From the NCBI RefSeq assembly GCF_000015225.1, contig NC_008698.1, positions 1,680,001 to 1,712,000 on the forward strand: DNA of 32,000 nucleotides, given 5' to 3'. Of this stretch, positions 8,486 to 17,330 are shown piece after piece (position 1 is the stretch's first letter; the number at the start of each line of letters is the position of its first letter). The translations under genes were made by a program, and so were the position numbers. The notes under the pieces are model-generated. The model did no database searches, was not told the DNA's origin, and saw nothing but the letters and a program-made list of their open reading frames with translations. Origin of the DNA: Thermofilum pendens Hrk 5. GTDB lineage: Archaea > Thermoproteota > Thermoprotei > Thermofilales > Thermofilaceae.

Positions 8486-8576
8486 CGGAGAATCCTGCGC
8501 TTCTAGGAGTTCTGTACCGCAGTGTAACTTATTAAGACGTTCTAAGCAGTGGTGCTTGTACCTAGAGGGGGAGTGC

Positions 8577-9617
8577 ATGGAGACGTTTAGGTTGCTCGTT
8601 GTTTCGCCGAGGGTTAGCGGGCTGGGCGGCGTGGCGCAACACGTCGGGAAGCTCGTCGAGTTGCTTCGGCGCGATGGGCACGAGGTCGAGGTTGTCTCCG
8701 CCGAGAATACTCCTATTCTGCCTGTGAAGGGCTTGATGAACCCGAGCTTCGCGGCTACGTCTGCTTTGAAGGTGGCACTTGGCAGGCTGAAGGGGCGTAG
8801 GTACGACGTTGTACACGCGCATAACGTGCCGTCGGCGCCCGCGATGCGCGCGGCGAGGGGAGGGAGGGTTTTAACGCTCCACGGGGTTTTCTCGGAGCAG
8901 GTCGGCTACCTTCACGGCGGCTTGCTGGGCAGGCTGAGCGGGGTCGCCGAGAGGGTTGCGCTGGGATGGGCGGACCGCGTGACGTCTGTTTCCAGGGCGA
9001 CCGCCGAGCACTACTCTAGGATCGGCGTAAACGTCGTCCATGTTCCGAACGCCGTCGACCCGTCGGACCTGCCGGGTGAAGGGGAGAGGATGTACGAAAG
9101 GCAGGTTGTCTACAGCGGTAGGCTGTCCAGGGAGAAGGGCGTCGACCTCCTGGTGAAGGCTTTCAGGGCTCTCGACGTTGATGCGCACCTCGTCGTGGTC
9201 GGCGGTGGCCCCCTGGAGGAGGAGCTGAGGAGCCTCGCGGGGGGCGACCCGAGGATCCACTTCCTCGGCCCCATGCCGAGGGAGCGTGCGCTCAGAGTGG
9301 TGAAGGGGTCCGATGTCTTCGTGTTGCCGTCCCGCTACGAGGGGCTTAGCACCGCGCTCTTGGAGGCGATGGCTATGGGAGTCCCCGTCGTCGCCACGAA
9401 GGTTGGAGGGAACACCGAGCTGGTAGAGGATGGGAAGACGGGGCTACTCGTCGAGCCATCCCCGGAGGAGGTGGCGCGCGCCGTCAGGCTGCTCCTGGAG
9501 GACAGCGACCTCGCGGCCCGCCTGGCCTCGGCCGCGAAGAGAGTCGTGGCGGAGAAGTACAGCTGGGACAAGGTGTACGCGCAGTACCTCGATGTTTACA
9601 GGGAGGTTGCCCGGTAG
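8577..9617 (+). CDS. Glycosyltransferase, GT4 family (high-GC)
   Basis: Motif LPSRYEGLSTALLEAMAMGVPVVATKVGGNTELVEDGKTGLLVEP. Start placed at ATG 8577 (METFRLLVVSPR), preceded by GAGGGGGAG. The track ORF starts at 8556. Confidence 0.85.
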   Translation: METFRLLVVSPRVSGLGGVAQHVGKLVELLRRDGHEVEVVSAENTPILPVKGLMNPSFAATSALKVALGRLKGRRYDVVHAHNVPSAPAMRAARGGRVLTLHGVFSEQVGYLHGGLLGRLSGVAERVALGWADRVTSVSRATAEHYSRIGVNVVHVPNAVDPSDLPGEGERMYERQVVYSGRLSREKGVDLLVKAFRALDVDAHLVVVGGGPLEEELRSLAGGDPRIHFLGPMPRERALRVVKGSDVFVLPSRYEGLSTALLEAMAMGVPVVATKVGGNTELVEDGKTGLLVEPSPEEVARAVRLLLEDSDLAARLASAAKRVVAEKYSWDKVYAQYLDVYREVAR

Positions 9618-9738
9618 CGTCTGAGCCGCCCCCTTTCTCGAAGCGTTCGCCGAACGTTCTCGGCTCGCCCTCCGAGCCCCCGCGTGCATGGGTAGCGGCT
9701 GTTCGCCCGTAGCTGCCTCTCGTGCGCCGCGCGAGGTC

Positions 9739-9747
9739 TTTTTATAG
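9739..9747 (+). promoter_or_regulatory. TATA-like box TTTTTATAG
   Basis: About 25 nt upstream of GTG 9769 (leaderless spacing). Confidence 0.4.
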
Positions 9748-9768
9748 CCTTGGACGCCTTGATTCCGC

Positions 9769-10104
9769 GTGAAGAGGGTTAGGTGCTACCCTAACGAGAA
9801 GGTCGAGGGGGTCACGGTCTTCGTTCCTAGGGGGCATAGCCACGTGAGGGTGATCCTGGAGCTCGAAGACCAGGTCGTGGTGCTCCACGAGGCTACGGTC
9901 GCCGCTATCGCGAGGGCTTACATGGACGTCGTGGCTCACCCTCTGCGCCGGGCGGTTCAGCTTAGGCGCGCCGCGCTCGCCGAGAGGAAGAGAGGTTACG
10001 CGGAGCACCAGCTCTTAGAGGTCGATAGAGGCGAGGACGAGATAGTCGAGGAGGCGGAGAAGGTCCTGGAGGCCTGCGCGGAGCGGGTCAGCGGGGAGGC
10101 TTGA
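9769..10104 (+). CDS. Hypothetical protein (111 aa)
   Basis: ORF with a TATA-like box at leaderless spacing. No recognisable motif. 3' end overlaps the convergent DUF58 gene by 17 nt. Confidence 0.45.
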   Translation: MKRVRCYPNEKVEGVTVFVPRGHSHVRVILELEDQVVVLHEATVAAIARAYMDVVAHPLRRAVQLRRAALAERKRGYAEHQLLEVDRGEDEIVEEAEKVLEACAERVSGEA

Positions 10105-10957
10105 GGCTCCTGGCCTTCAAGTAGAGGAGCGAGAGCCTCGCCCTGTCCTCCCGGGCTTTCTGCCAGCAGGTGTCCATGAAGGCTGACCCGCCGGAGGTCA
10201 GCCTGGACCTCGCGAGTGCCACGTGCCTCGCTATGCCGGCGTACACCTCCCGTAGCCTTCCGTGGACGCGGCTACCGGTCTCCGGGTCTACGAGGGTTGC
10301 GAGGGCGTCTGGGGGCGGGTGGACTTCCCACCAGTCGTAGACGAGGAGGTACGCGGCTCCCCTCGACGCGGCTAGGGTCTTCGAGGATCGCTCGAAGTCC
10401 TCCAAGCTGTGGGCGTAGTCCGTGACTAGGAGTACTGGGGCCCTTGGCAGGGCGAGGAGCCTCGCGGCTATCTCTCCCAGGGTAGCCTTGCCGGGGGCTG
10501 TGGAGGCGCATATCCTCGATGCAATGATGTGGGGCAGGTCTCTGGGCTTCACCTTCCCGTAGACCTCGAAGCCCCTCCCCGTGGATAGGACTAGCGTGAA
10601 CGTGTCCTCCAAGGTGTCTGCAACTGCGGCTATGACTGCCAGCGCATACACGAGGGTTTTCGGCTTGGACTGGTACAGCATGGAGGCGGAGAGGTCGACT
10701 GCCAGCGCGACCCTGGTCTTTCTCTCGGCCCTGTAGACCTTCACTATGGGCCTGTAGCCCCCGTCGGGGCCCGGGGACCTCGCCGTCGCCCTCCAGTCTA
10801 TGTGCCTAGCGTCGTCGAATGGCTGGTACTCGCGGAAGTCTACGTACTCGAGCCCTAGGCCCATCGACGAGACGGGGCTCGTCCCGGTGGCGTAGTTCGC
10901 CACGTCTCTCTCGGCGATCCTCAGCGCGCTCCTCGCCGCCCTGCAGTGATCATCCAT
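10088..10957 (-). CDS. DUF58 family protein (vWA-like partner of MoxR ATPases)
   Basis: Signature GLGLEYVDFREYQPFDDARHIDWRATARS, followed by the MIDAS-like VALAVDLSASM. Confidence 0.85.
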   Translation of the reverse strand: MDDHCRAARSALRIAERDVANYATGTSPVSSMGLGLEYVDFREYQPFDDARHIDWRATARSPGPDGGYRPIVKVYRAERKTRVALAVDLSASMLYQSKPKTLVYALAVIAAVADTLEDTFTLVLSTGRGFEVYGKVKPRDLPHIIASRICASTAPGKATLGEIAARLLALPRAPVLLVTDYAHSLEDFERSSKTLAASRGAAYLLVYDWWEVHPPPDALATLVDPETGSRVHGRLREVYAGIARHVALARSRLTSGGSAFMDTCWQKAREDRARLSLLYLKARSLKPPR

Positions 10958-10994
10958 ATTAAGCCCTTCGCCCCGGTAACCGCGGGAGCGGCAT

Positions 10995-11819
10995 ATGAAG
11001 TTTTACGACCCGGAGGAGCTCCTAGGCGCGCTCGTAGTGGACTCCGCTGGGCTTGTTTACGGCGTGGTGGGCGGGTACAGGCTGGCGCCCGAGGGGGTTG
11101 TCCTGGAGGCTTACGTCTCCCTGGGCGTGGACGCCGATGCCCTGAGGAGGGCTCTGCGCGAGAGGGGGGTTGAGCCGGGCGGGGAGGGGGTCGAGGCGCT
11201 CGTGCTGGCCGCCCGGAGGCTGGGGCTCGAGGTCCCCAGGGTCGGCGGCCGCGAGGTCAGGGTGCTGAAGGGGCTCGTGAGGCCCGGGGAGATCTCGCTT
11301 ATAGACGTGAGGGTGCTCGAGAACCCCTCCACCGGCGCCGAGGAGAGGATCGGGGTGGTGCTGCTGGGTAGCCAGCGGGAGGCAGAGTTCAGGGGGCTCA
11401 GGTTCTCCGGGGGCCCGGTGGTGGACGAGGGGGTTGTCGGCAAGCTGTGCGTGAGCGCGAGCAACGGGGTGCTCGGCTACGTGTACGGGTTCGTCGTGGG
11501 GGCGGGGGAGTCTGGGCTCAGGGCCTGCAGGAGGAGGGGCAGGGTCGAGCTCAACTGGGCGTCCTTTCTCTCCGAGGCTAGGCGGCTCGCCGGCGAGGAC
11601 GCCTACTACAGGCTGGTGGGGTTCCGCGACCCCTTGAAGAGCCCGAGGCTTTCCGGGGCGGAGGTCGAGGAGGCCAGGAGGCTCCTCTCGGAGATGGGCC
11701 TCCTCGAGAGGCTGTCGCCCCTCCTCGAGTCCCACTCTAAGAGAACGGGCCCGGCGGAGTGCGCGGACGTGCCGCTGAGAGACGTCCTCGCCGCCAGGGA
11801 AGTGGTGCTCGTAAAGTAG
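10995..11819 (+). CDS. Hypothetical protein with two PRC-barrel-like segments
   Basis: 274 aa. EELLGALVVDSAGLVYGVVGGYRL and EGVVGKLCVSASNGVLGYVYGFVV resemble the PRC-barrel consensus (hh-G-x-V-x-D-x-x-G-x-x-hG-x-V). Lies directly upstream of MoxR on the same strand. Confidence 0.5.
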   Translation: MKFYDPEELLGALVVDSAGLVYGVVGGYRLAPEGVVLEAYVSLGVDADALRRALRERGVEPGGEGVEALVLAARRLGLEVPRVGGREVRVLKGLVRPGEISLIDVRVLENPSTGAEERIGVVLLGSQREAEFRGLRFSGGPVVDEGVVGKLCVSASNGVLGYVYGFVVGAGESGLRACRRRGRVELNWASFLSEARRLAGEDAYYRLVGFRDPLKSPRLSGAEVEEARRLLSEMGLLERLSPLLESHSKRTGPAECADVPLRDVLAAREVVLVK

Positions 11820-11859
11820 ATAAGCGGGGAGGCGTTTGCGCAGTGGGCGGTGCTCCGCG

Positions 11860-12921
11860 ATGCCGGTAGGCGTCGACGACGTCAAGGAGGTTTCCCGGGA
11901 GCTCCTCGGGGAGCTTGGAAGGGTCGTCGTCGGCTACGAGGAGGAGAAGGCGCTCGTGCTCGCCTCGCTCATAGCCGGTGGGCACGTCCTCCTGGAGGGG
12001 GTTCCGGGGATAGCTAAGACTACTCTCGCGAAGAGCCTTGCGAGGCTACTGGGGCTGTCCGAGGGCTACGCGCTGGAGCTGGACGGCGTCGCCTACAGGG
12101 GTTTCTCCAGGGTGCAGTTCACGCCGGACCTCATGCCGTCCGACATCACGGGGAACCTCGTGTTCAACCCCTCCACGAGGAGCTTCGAGCCGCGCTTCGG
12201 CCCGGTGTTCACGTACTTCCTGCTAGCAGACGAGATAAACAGGGCTGTTCCCCGGACTCAGAGCGCGCTTCTACAGGCTATGCAGGAGAGGGAGGTGACC
12301 ATAGGGGATAGGAGCTACAGGCTGGAGGTGCGCGAGAGGGGGAAGTTCTTCTTCGTGATCGCGACGCAGAACCCCGTCGAGCAGGAGGGGACGTATCCGC
12401 TCCCAGAGGCTCAGCTCGACAGGTTCCTCATGAGGGTGTTCGTGGGCTACCCGTCCTCCCTGGAGGAGGAGGTGAGCATATACAGGCTCCACGGGTACAG
12501 GGTCGGGGAGCCCTACGAGGACCTCGAGCGGCTCGTGGAGCCCGGGTGGGTCGTCGAGGCCCAGGACTGCGTGGCGAGGAGCGTGGAGGTCCCGGACGAG
12601 GTATTCGAGTACGTGGCCAGGGTCGTGAGGCTTACGAGGCCGAGCGTCTACCCGGAGATCGCCGAGTACTTCGAGCTCGGGGCTAGCCCGAGGAGCGGTA
12701 TAGCGCTCGTTAAGGCTTCGAAGGCTCTCGCGGCGATGAGGGGTTCCACCGTCGTGGAGAGGGTCGACGTCGACAGGGCGCTCTTCCCGGTGCTGAACCA
12801 CAGGCTCGTGCTTAACGTCGAGAAGCTAGTCTCGGAGGAGTTCAGGGGCGAGAAGGCGGTGGCCCACATCAAGGTTATCAGGGAGGGGTTGAGGAAAGTG
12901 GTCGAGGTGGCTAGGGGGTGA
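11860..12921 (+). CDS. MoxR-type AAA+ ATPase
   Basis: GHVLLEGVPGIAKTTLAKSLARLLG (Walker A), FLLADEINRAVPRTQSALLQAMQEREVT (Walker B / sensor region), FFVIATQNPVEQEGTYPLPEAQLDRF. ATG 11860 preferred; TTG 11836 is possible. Confidence 0.9.
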   Translation: MPVGVDDVKEVSRELLGELGRVVVGYEEEKALVLASLIAGGHVLLEGVPGIAKTTLAKSLARLLGLSEGYALELDGVAYRGFSRVQFTPDLMPSDITGNLVFNPSTRSFEPRFGPVFTYFLLADEINRAVPRTQSALLQAMQEREVTIGDRSYRLEVRERGKFFFVIATQNPVEQEGTYPLPEAQLDRFLMRVFVGYPSSLEEEVSIYRLHGYRVGEPYEDLERLVEPGWVVEAQDCVARSVEVPDEVFEYVARVVRLTRPSVYPEIAEYFELGASPRSGIALVKASKALAAMRGSTVVERVDVDRALFPVLNHRLVLNVEKLVSEEFRGEKAVAHIKVIREGLRKVVEVARG

Positions 12922-13826
12922 TAGAGTTCAAGGGGGTCGTCAAGAAGTACGGCGGCTTCGCCGCCCTCAGAGGGCTGGACATGCACATACCCAGGGGCGT
13001 CACAGCCGGCCTCGTGGGCCCCAACGGCTCCGGGAAGACTACGACGATAAAGCTCGCGGTGGGGCTCTTGAAGAAGAGCGGGGGAGAGGTGAGGGTGCTG
13101 GGGCTCGACCCCTGGTACGACGGCGTCGAGCTACGGAGGAGGGTCGGGGTGCTCCACGAGAAGCCCCTCTACCCCCAGGACGTGACCGTGAGGAGGCTCC
13201 TGGAGCACTTGGCGGGGCTTAGGGGGCTCCCCGCCCAGGAGGCGGTCCGCGTCGCCAGGCTAGCGGGCATTGAGGGGTACATGGAGAGGTCTGTCTCGTC
13301 GCTGTCCAGGGGCTACCTGCAGAGGCTGGGGATCGCGATCGCGCTCATGGGGGAGCCCGAGCTACTCCTGCTGGACGAGCCGACCGCCAACCTGGACCCC
13401 TCGGCGAGGTTCGAGATACTCGGGATGCTGGAGAACCTGAAGAAGGACCTCGGGGTAACGATGGTTATATCGTCCCACGTGCTACCGGAGCTGGAGAAGG
13501 TCTGCGACTACGCGGTCGTGCTGAGCGGGGGCGTGGCCGTCGCCCAGGGGAGCCTGCTGGAGCTCGCCAGGAGGTTCATGGCGACCCTCGAGCTACGCAT
13601 CGAGACGAGGTCCCCCAGGCTCGCGGCCTCCAGGCTCATACTCTCCGAGGCGTTCCTCTCCGTGGAGGTTTCAGACGGGCTCGTGGTGGCGAGGGTGCCC
13701 GGCGAGAAGCTCCGGGAGGCGGAGGCTGTAGTCGAGGATCTCAGGAGGAGTGGGCTCGCGGAGAGCTGGAGCGTTACATCGCGGAGCTTGGGTGAGGTGT
13801 ATGAGGCGGTCAGTAGGGCTGGCTAG
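12918..13826 (+). CDS. ABC transporter ATP-binding protein (ABC-2/DrrA-like, with C-terminal extension)
   Basis: Walker A GPNGSGKTT, signature LSRGYLQRLGIAIAL, Walker B LLLLDEPTANLD. GTG 12918-12920 overlaps the MoxR stop TGA 12919-12921. Confidence 0.9.
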   Translation: MIEFKGVVKKYGGFAALRGLDMHIPRGVTAGLVGPNGSGKTTTIKLAVGLLKKSGGEVRVLGLDPWYDGVELRRRVGVLHEKPLYPQDVTVRRLLEHLAGLRGLPAQEAVRVARLAGIEGYMERSVSSLSRGYLQRLGIAIALMGEPELLLLDEPTANLDPSARFEILGMLENLKKDLGVTMVISSHVLPELEKVCDYAVVLSGGVAVAQGSLLELARRFMATLELRIETRSPRLAASRLILSEAFLSVEVSDGLVVARVPGEKLREAEAVVEDLRRSGLAESWSVTSRSLGEVYEAVSRAG

Positions 13827-14553
13827 CTCCCTGAAGAAGACGGTCAGGCACGAGCTCTTCGTTTCAGGAAAGGTTGCAGCCGCAACGTCGCTACTCGCCG
13901 TTGGCTTCAGCTTCCTCCAGTTCTTCCTCGTACTAGCCTACGCGTCCAGCAGGGGCCTGGCGGGAGGCCCGCCGTTTTCCTACTTCCCCCTCATGTTGAT
14001 GAGCTACGCGTACGGCTTCCTGGTTTTGATGGGGCTTAGCTCGCTCGCAGGTGAGCTGAAAGGCTCCGCCGCGCTGTACCTCTCGCAACCGCTTAGCCGC
14101 TCCGAGTACGTGGCCTCCTGGGCTCTCGCTGTCGTCGTGTCGCCCCTAGCCTCCCTGGTAGCCTCCGCGCTGTTCTCCGCCGCCGTGGTGGATCCGGCGC
14201 TTCTCTGGGAGCACGACCCGTCCCTCTACGCGTTCTGGGTGCTGGAGAACATGATCTCGGGGCTCCTCCTGCTCCTCGTCGCGCTTCTCGGCAGGAGCTC
14301 GGCGCTACTCGTAGTGACTTGGCTCGTCCAGAGAGTCGCGGCTCCATTTGTTACGCTGTTTCTCGCATCCTTATCGCGGATCCAGGGCAGAGCGCTGAAC
14401 CCCCTTCTAGAGTTTCTCGCGCAGAGCGTCTACCCGTTCACCCTCTACTACTCGTTAAACCCGCAACCGCACGCGGTAGCCGGCTCCGCCGTGCTCGTAG
14501 CCACGCTAGCGGTAGCCGTATACCTAGTGACTAGCAGGCGTCTCGAGGTGTAG
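13801..14553 (+). CDS. ABC-2 type transporter permease
   Basis: About 6 TM segments. GELKGSAALYLSQPLSRSEYVASW resembles the ABC-2/NosY-type E-x-x-G-T...P-x-S-R motif. ATG 13801 is preceded by GGTGAGGTG. The track ORF starts at 13750. Confidence 0.65.
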   Translation: MRRSVGLASSLKKTVRHELFVSGKVAAATSLLAVGFSFLQFFLVLAYASSRGLAGGPPFSYFPLMLMSYAYGFLVLMGLSSLAGELKGSAALYLSQPLSRSEYVASWALAVVVSPLASLVASALFSAAVVDPALLWEHDPSLYAFWVLENMISGLLLLLVALLGRSSALLVVTWLVQRVAAPFVTLFLASLSRIQGRALNPLLEFLAQSVYPFTLYYSLNPQPHAVAGSAVLVATLAVAVYLVTSRRLEV

Positions 14554-14556
14554 CAC

Positions 14557-15462
14557 ATGCTGAGGATGCTGGGCTACTCGTTGATCGCCGTCTCGATTGC
14601 TTCCTTAATCTTCGTAGCGTACGCTACTAGGATGGGAGAGATACCCTTCTACCTGGGCTCCGTGTTCTCCGGCGGCCCCTCGGAGATTGTAGTCTACGGG
14701 GACACAGCCCTCATAGCCTTGGAGATGGACGTCGCCCCTCCGAATCCCGTGGAGGGCTTCACCTACCGCGTGGAGACATCCCTAGCGCTCTTCGACAAGG
14801 CGTACCCAGGCTCGGTTCTCGTCGGGCAAAACTACGTACCAGTGATACTCCACGCCGACTACTCGAAGCCTAGATGCGCCTTCCTTGACCGAGCAACCCA
14901 CGCTAGATACAGACTTCTAGTCTCATCGCCCCCCAGCCCTGCGACCATAAGCAACGTTCTGAAACTGCTGGAGAGGTCCGGCGCCGTGGAGCTCCAGGAG
15001 AAGAACGCGACCTTCCCCACCCGCGTACGCGTGATAGTGGGAGGGACAGGCTTCACCCCTAAGTACTACGCGGGCGCCGTGCCCCTTAAGCAGGGCGGCT
15101 ACCTAGTCTGCGTCGTCACCGTGAAGCTTAACTCTACCTACGTAGAGCTTCAAAACTCGTCGACCCCCATTAGGCTCAGCTTAGCGGAGGCAGGGTCGAA
15201 GCTCGGGCTACCGCCCGACTACGTCGAGAAGTGGCTCCACTCCATCGTGGGCCACGAGGGTAGCGAGGTCGTCGCTGTTTACAGGCCGACAACCCTGCAG
15301 GTACTCAGGGCGGCGGTGCTGGCCGCTATCGGCGCCCTGCTCGTAGTCACGGAGTCCAGGCTAGTGGGAGTGCCCCCGCCGTCCCCCGTGGAGGCGGCGA
15401 AAGCGCTGGCTAGAAGGCTACGCCGGATTCTCGGCTACGCGCGTAGAGGAGGATCAGGGTAA
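14557..15462 (+). CDS. Hypothetical protein with N- and C-terminal TM anchors and a presumably extracytoplasmic middle domain
   Basis: 301 aa. Hydrophobic ends (YSLIAVSIASLIFVAYA; VLRAAVLAAIGALLVV). Sequons NAT, NST, NSS. 3-nt gap after the permease gene. Confidence 0.5.
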   Translation: MLRMLGYSLIAVSIASLIFVAYATRMGEIPFYLGSVFSGGPSEIVVYGDTALIALEMDVAPPNPVEGFTYRVETSLALFDKAYPGSVLVGQNYVPVILHADYSKPRCAFLDRATHARYRLLVSSPPSPATISNVLKLLERSGAVELQEKNATFPTRVRVIVGGTGFTPKYYAGAVPLKQGGYLVCVVTVKLNSTYVELQNSSTPIRLSLAEAGSKLGLPPDYVEKWLHSIVGHEGSEVVAVYRPTTLQVLRAAVLAAIGALLVVTESRLVGVPPPSPVEAAKALARRLRRILGYARRGGSG

Positions 15463-16402
15463 CGATCAAGGCAGAGACTGCGAAGGCCCAGCTCAGCCCT
15501 ACCTTCTCCTCTACCACTCCGCCGGCGACTCCGACCGCGCTTGCCCGGACGAGTATCGAGGAGGCTTTCTCCGCGAGCGTCTTGAAAGCCTTCAACAGTT
15601 CCTCCGCGCTACCCGCCGTGTACTCCTCGCCTCCCGTCGACCCCGCTATTAACTTGAGCTCCCTCTCCCCCTCGTCTCCGCCCGGCCCTATGTACACGGT
15701 GTACACCGGGATGCCCAGGCTTCTGAACTCGGACAGAAGGGTTCTATACGTGGCCGCATCTGCCGGGAGACCGTCCGAGACGAAGACCACGAGCGTCGAG
15801 GCGTTGAAGAGCTTGTAGGGCTTCAGCCAGCTTAGAGCCGCCTGGAGCGGGTAGGTGTACATAGTGCCGCCGCCCGGCTTCAGGGACTCTATGGCATCGA
15901 GAACCCTCCTCCTGTCCCCCGTCGGCGGCAACGAGAGTACGATTCTGTCGGAGAACGCTAGGAGGCCTACGTCCACGCCGCCCGGCATTCTCTCCACGAG
16001 CAGGGTCGCCGCCCTCCTGGCAACCTCTATCTTCACCCCACCGGGTATGCTGTCCTCCATGCTACCGCTCACGTCTACGACGAGGACCGCGGCCGGCCTG
16101 GCGACATTGAGGCTTACGTTTAGCTCGGCGGACCCGCTTCGCTCAACCCTCTTCTCCACGACGATGTAGGGGCCCGCGAGAGCCACCCCTACGAGAACGG
16201 CTAGGAGGACTTTGAGGGCCAGCGTGCCAAGCCTCCGCGGCTCAGCGCCGCCGGTACCGGCGTACGCGGCTAGGGGGTTCTTGAGGCTGGATTTCTTCGC
16301 ATAGAACCGCCTGTAGCCCTTCACGTGGAGGTAGTACAGGAGGACTGCGAGCAGGGGGCCCGCGAGGAGGAGCTCCGGCTTCTCGAAGTACACCTGGACC
16401 AC
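15410..16402 (-). CDS. von Willebrand factor A domain membrane protein (BatA/BatB-like)
   Basis: MIDAS motif VLVVDVSGSM, later GGGTMYTY and FVSDGLPAD. N-terminal and C-terminal TM segments. GTG start abuts the upstream stop. Confidence 0.8.
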   Translation of the reverse strand: MVQVYFEKPELLLAGPLLAVLLYYLHVKGYRRFYAKKSSLKNPLAAYAGTGGAEPRRLGTLALKVLLAVLVGVALAGPYIVVEKRVERSGSAELNVSLNVARPAAVLVVDVSGSMEDSIPGGVKIEVARRAATLLVERMPGGVDVGLLAFSDRIVLSLPPTGDRRRVLDAIESLKPGGGTMYTYPLQAALSWLKPYKLFNASTLVVFVSDGLPADAATYRTLLSEFRSLGIPVYTVYIGPGGDEGERELKLIAGSTGGEEYTAGSAEELLKAFKTLAEKASSILVRASAVGVAGGVVEEKVGLSWAFAVSALIVTLILLYARSRESGVAF

Positions 16403-17320
16403 CTACAGGCCGTCTCTGAAGAGTAGCGCCGCGAGGAGGGCTGCGAGAAGTAGTAGCGGTTCTCGGCCTACTGGCGTCTCCACGGTTACGTCCGCGTACG
16501 CCAGCCCCGCGAGCCTTAGCGCCTCGTAGCGTGCAGTCGCGGAGACGTTGGACGCTATGCTCGGAGCGAGGTCCTGCGAGAAAGCGTCGAGCTCGAGGTA
16601 CTTCCCATTGGCCTTCGAGGCTACGTCACGCATAAGCGAGCCTCTGGGGTCGCCCCCCACTCTTACGAGGACGAGGCTGTAGTTGGAGGCGCGGATGCTC
16701 TGGGCGACCTGGAGGGGGTCTGACCCGTAGTTCCACCCTCCGTCGCTCACTACGACAACGGCTCCCGGGAGCCCCGAGGCGGCGAGGACGCTGTACGCCG
16801 ATACCAGCGCGTCGCCGAGCGCCGTGTACCTGTACCTGCACGTGTAGCCGTCCAGCGCTCTCAGCGCGTTGTCCCTCGGGAGGGGGCCCGTGGCGTTAGA
16901 GCTTGAAGAGAAGAAGACAAGGACTACGAGGTCCGAGGGCTGTAGCCCCTCTATGTACTTTTCGGCGAACCTCTTCGCGAGGGTGCACCTGTCGGGGTAG
17001 ACATCCGCGGAGAGCATGCTCTTCGACTCGTCTAGGACGACCACGTGCAACGTCGGTACGCCGCTCAGCTTGTAGGCTTCCTCCAAGGGTAGCTCGACCC
17101 TCTTAACCTCGACTACGCGGGGCTCGCTAGCCGCTAAGACGAGGAGCAAGGCTATCGCCGAGGCGAGAGCGAGGCGCGGCGTCAACCCCGGTAGCTCCCC
17201 GGGGAGCGCCCTCCTGATACCCTCCTGGACTCTCTTCGCCCGCCTGTACACCGCGTAGATGGCGAGGAGCGACGCCGGAGCCAGGAGCAATAGGTAAGCC
17301 TTCCCGAAGACGAGGTACAT
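16403..17320 (-). CDS. von Willebrand factor A domain membrane protein (BatA/BatB-like)
   Basis: MIDAS-like VVVLDESKSM, YTALGDAL, VVVSDGGWNYG. N-terminal TM segments and a C-terminal hydrophobic tail. Confidence 0.7.
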   Translation of the reverse strand: MYLVFGKAYLLLLAPASLLAIYAVYRRAKRVQEGIRRALPGELPGLTPRLALASAIALLLVLAASEPRVVEVKRVELPLEEAYKLSGVPTLHVVVLDESKSMLSADVYPDRCTLAKRFAEKYIEGLQPSDLVVLVFFSSSSNATGPLPRDNALRALDGYTCRYRYTALGDALVSAYSVLAASGLPGAVVVVSDGGWNYGSDPLQVAQSIRASNYSLVLVRVGGDPRGSLMRDVASKANGKYLELDAFSQDLAPSIASNVSATARYEALRLAGLAYADVTVETPVGREPLLLLAALLAALLFRDGL

Positions 17321-17330
17321 GGAGGACCAC

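Noticed and set aside
4629-8555. The low-GC patch as a bona fide integrated mobile element.
   Set aside because: No integrase, transposase, tRNA target or flanking direct repeats were recognisable, so only compositional evidence is reported.
9630-9660. Near-palindrome AGCGTTCGCCGAACGTT downstream of the GT4 gene.
   Set aside because: It is imperfect (three mismatches including the centre), has 6-bp arms with a 1-nt spacer that cannot form a hairpin, and shows no obvious functional context.
11022-11885. 287-aa minus ORF antisense to the PRC-barrel-like gene.
   Set aside because: Pro/His/Arg-rich with no start context. The plus-strand gene fits the operon with MoxR. Confidence in either is not absolute.
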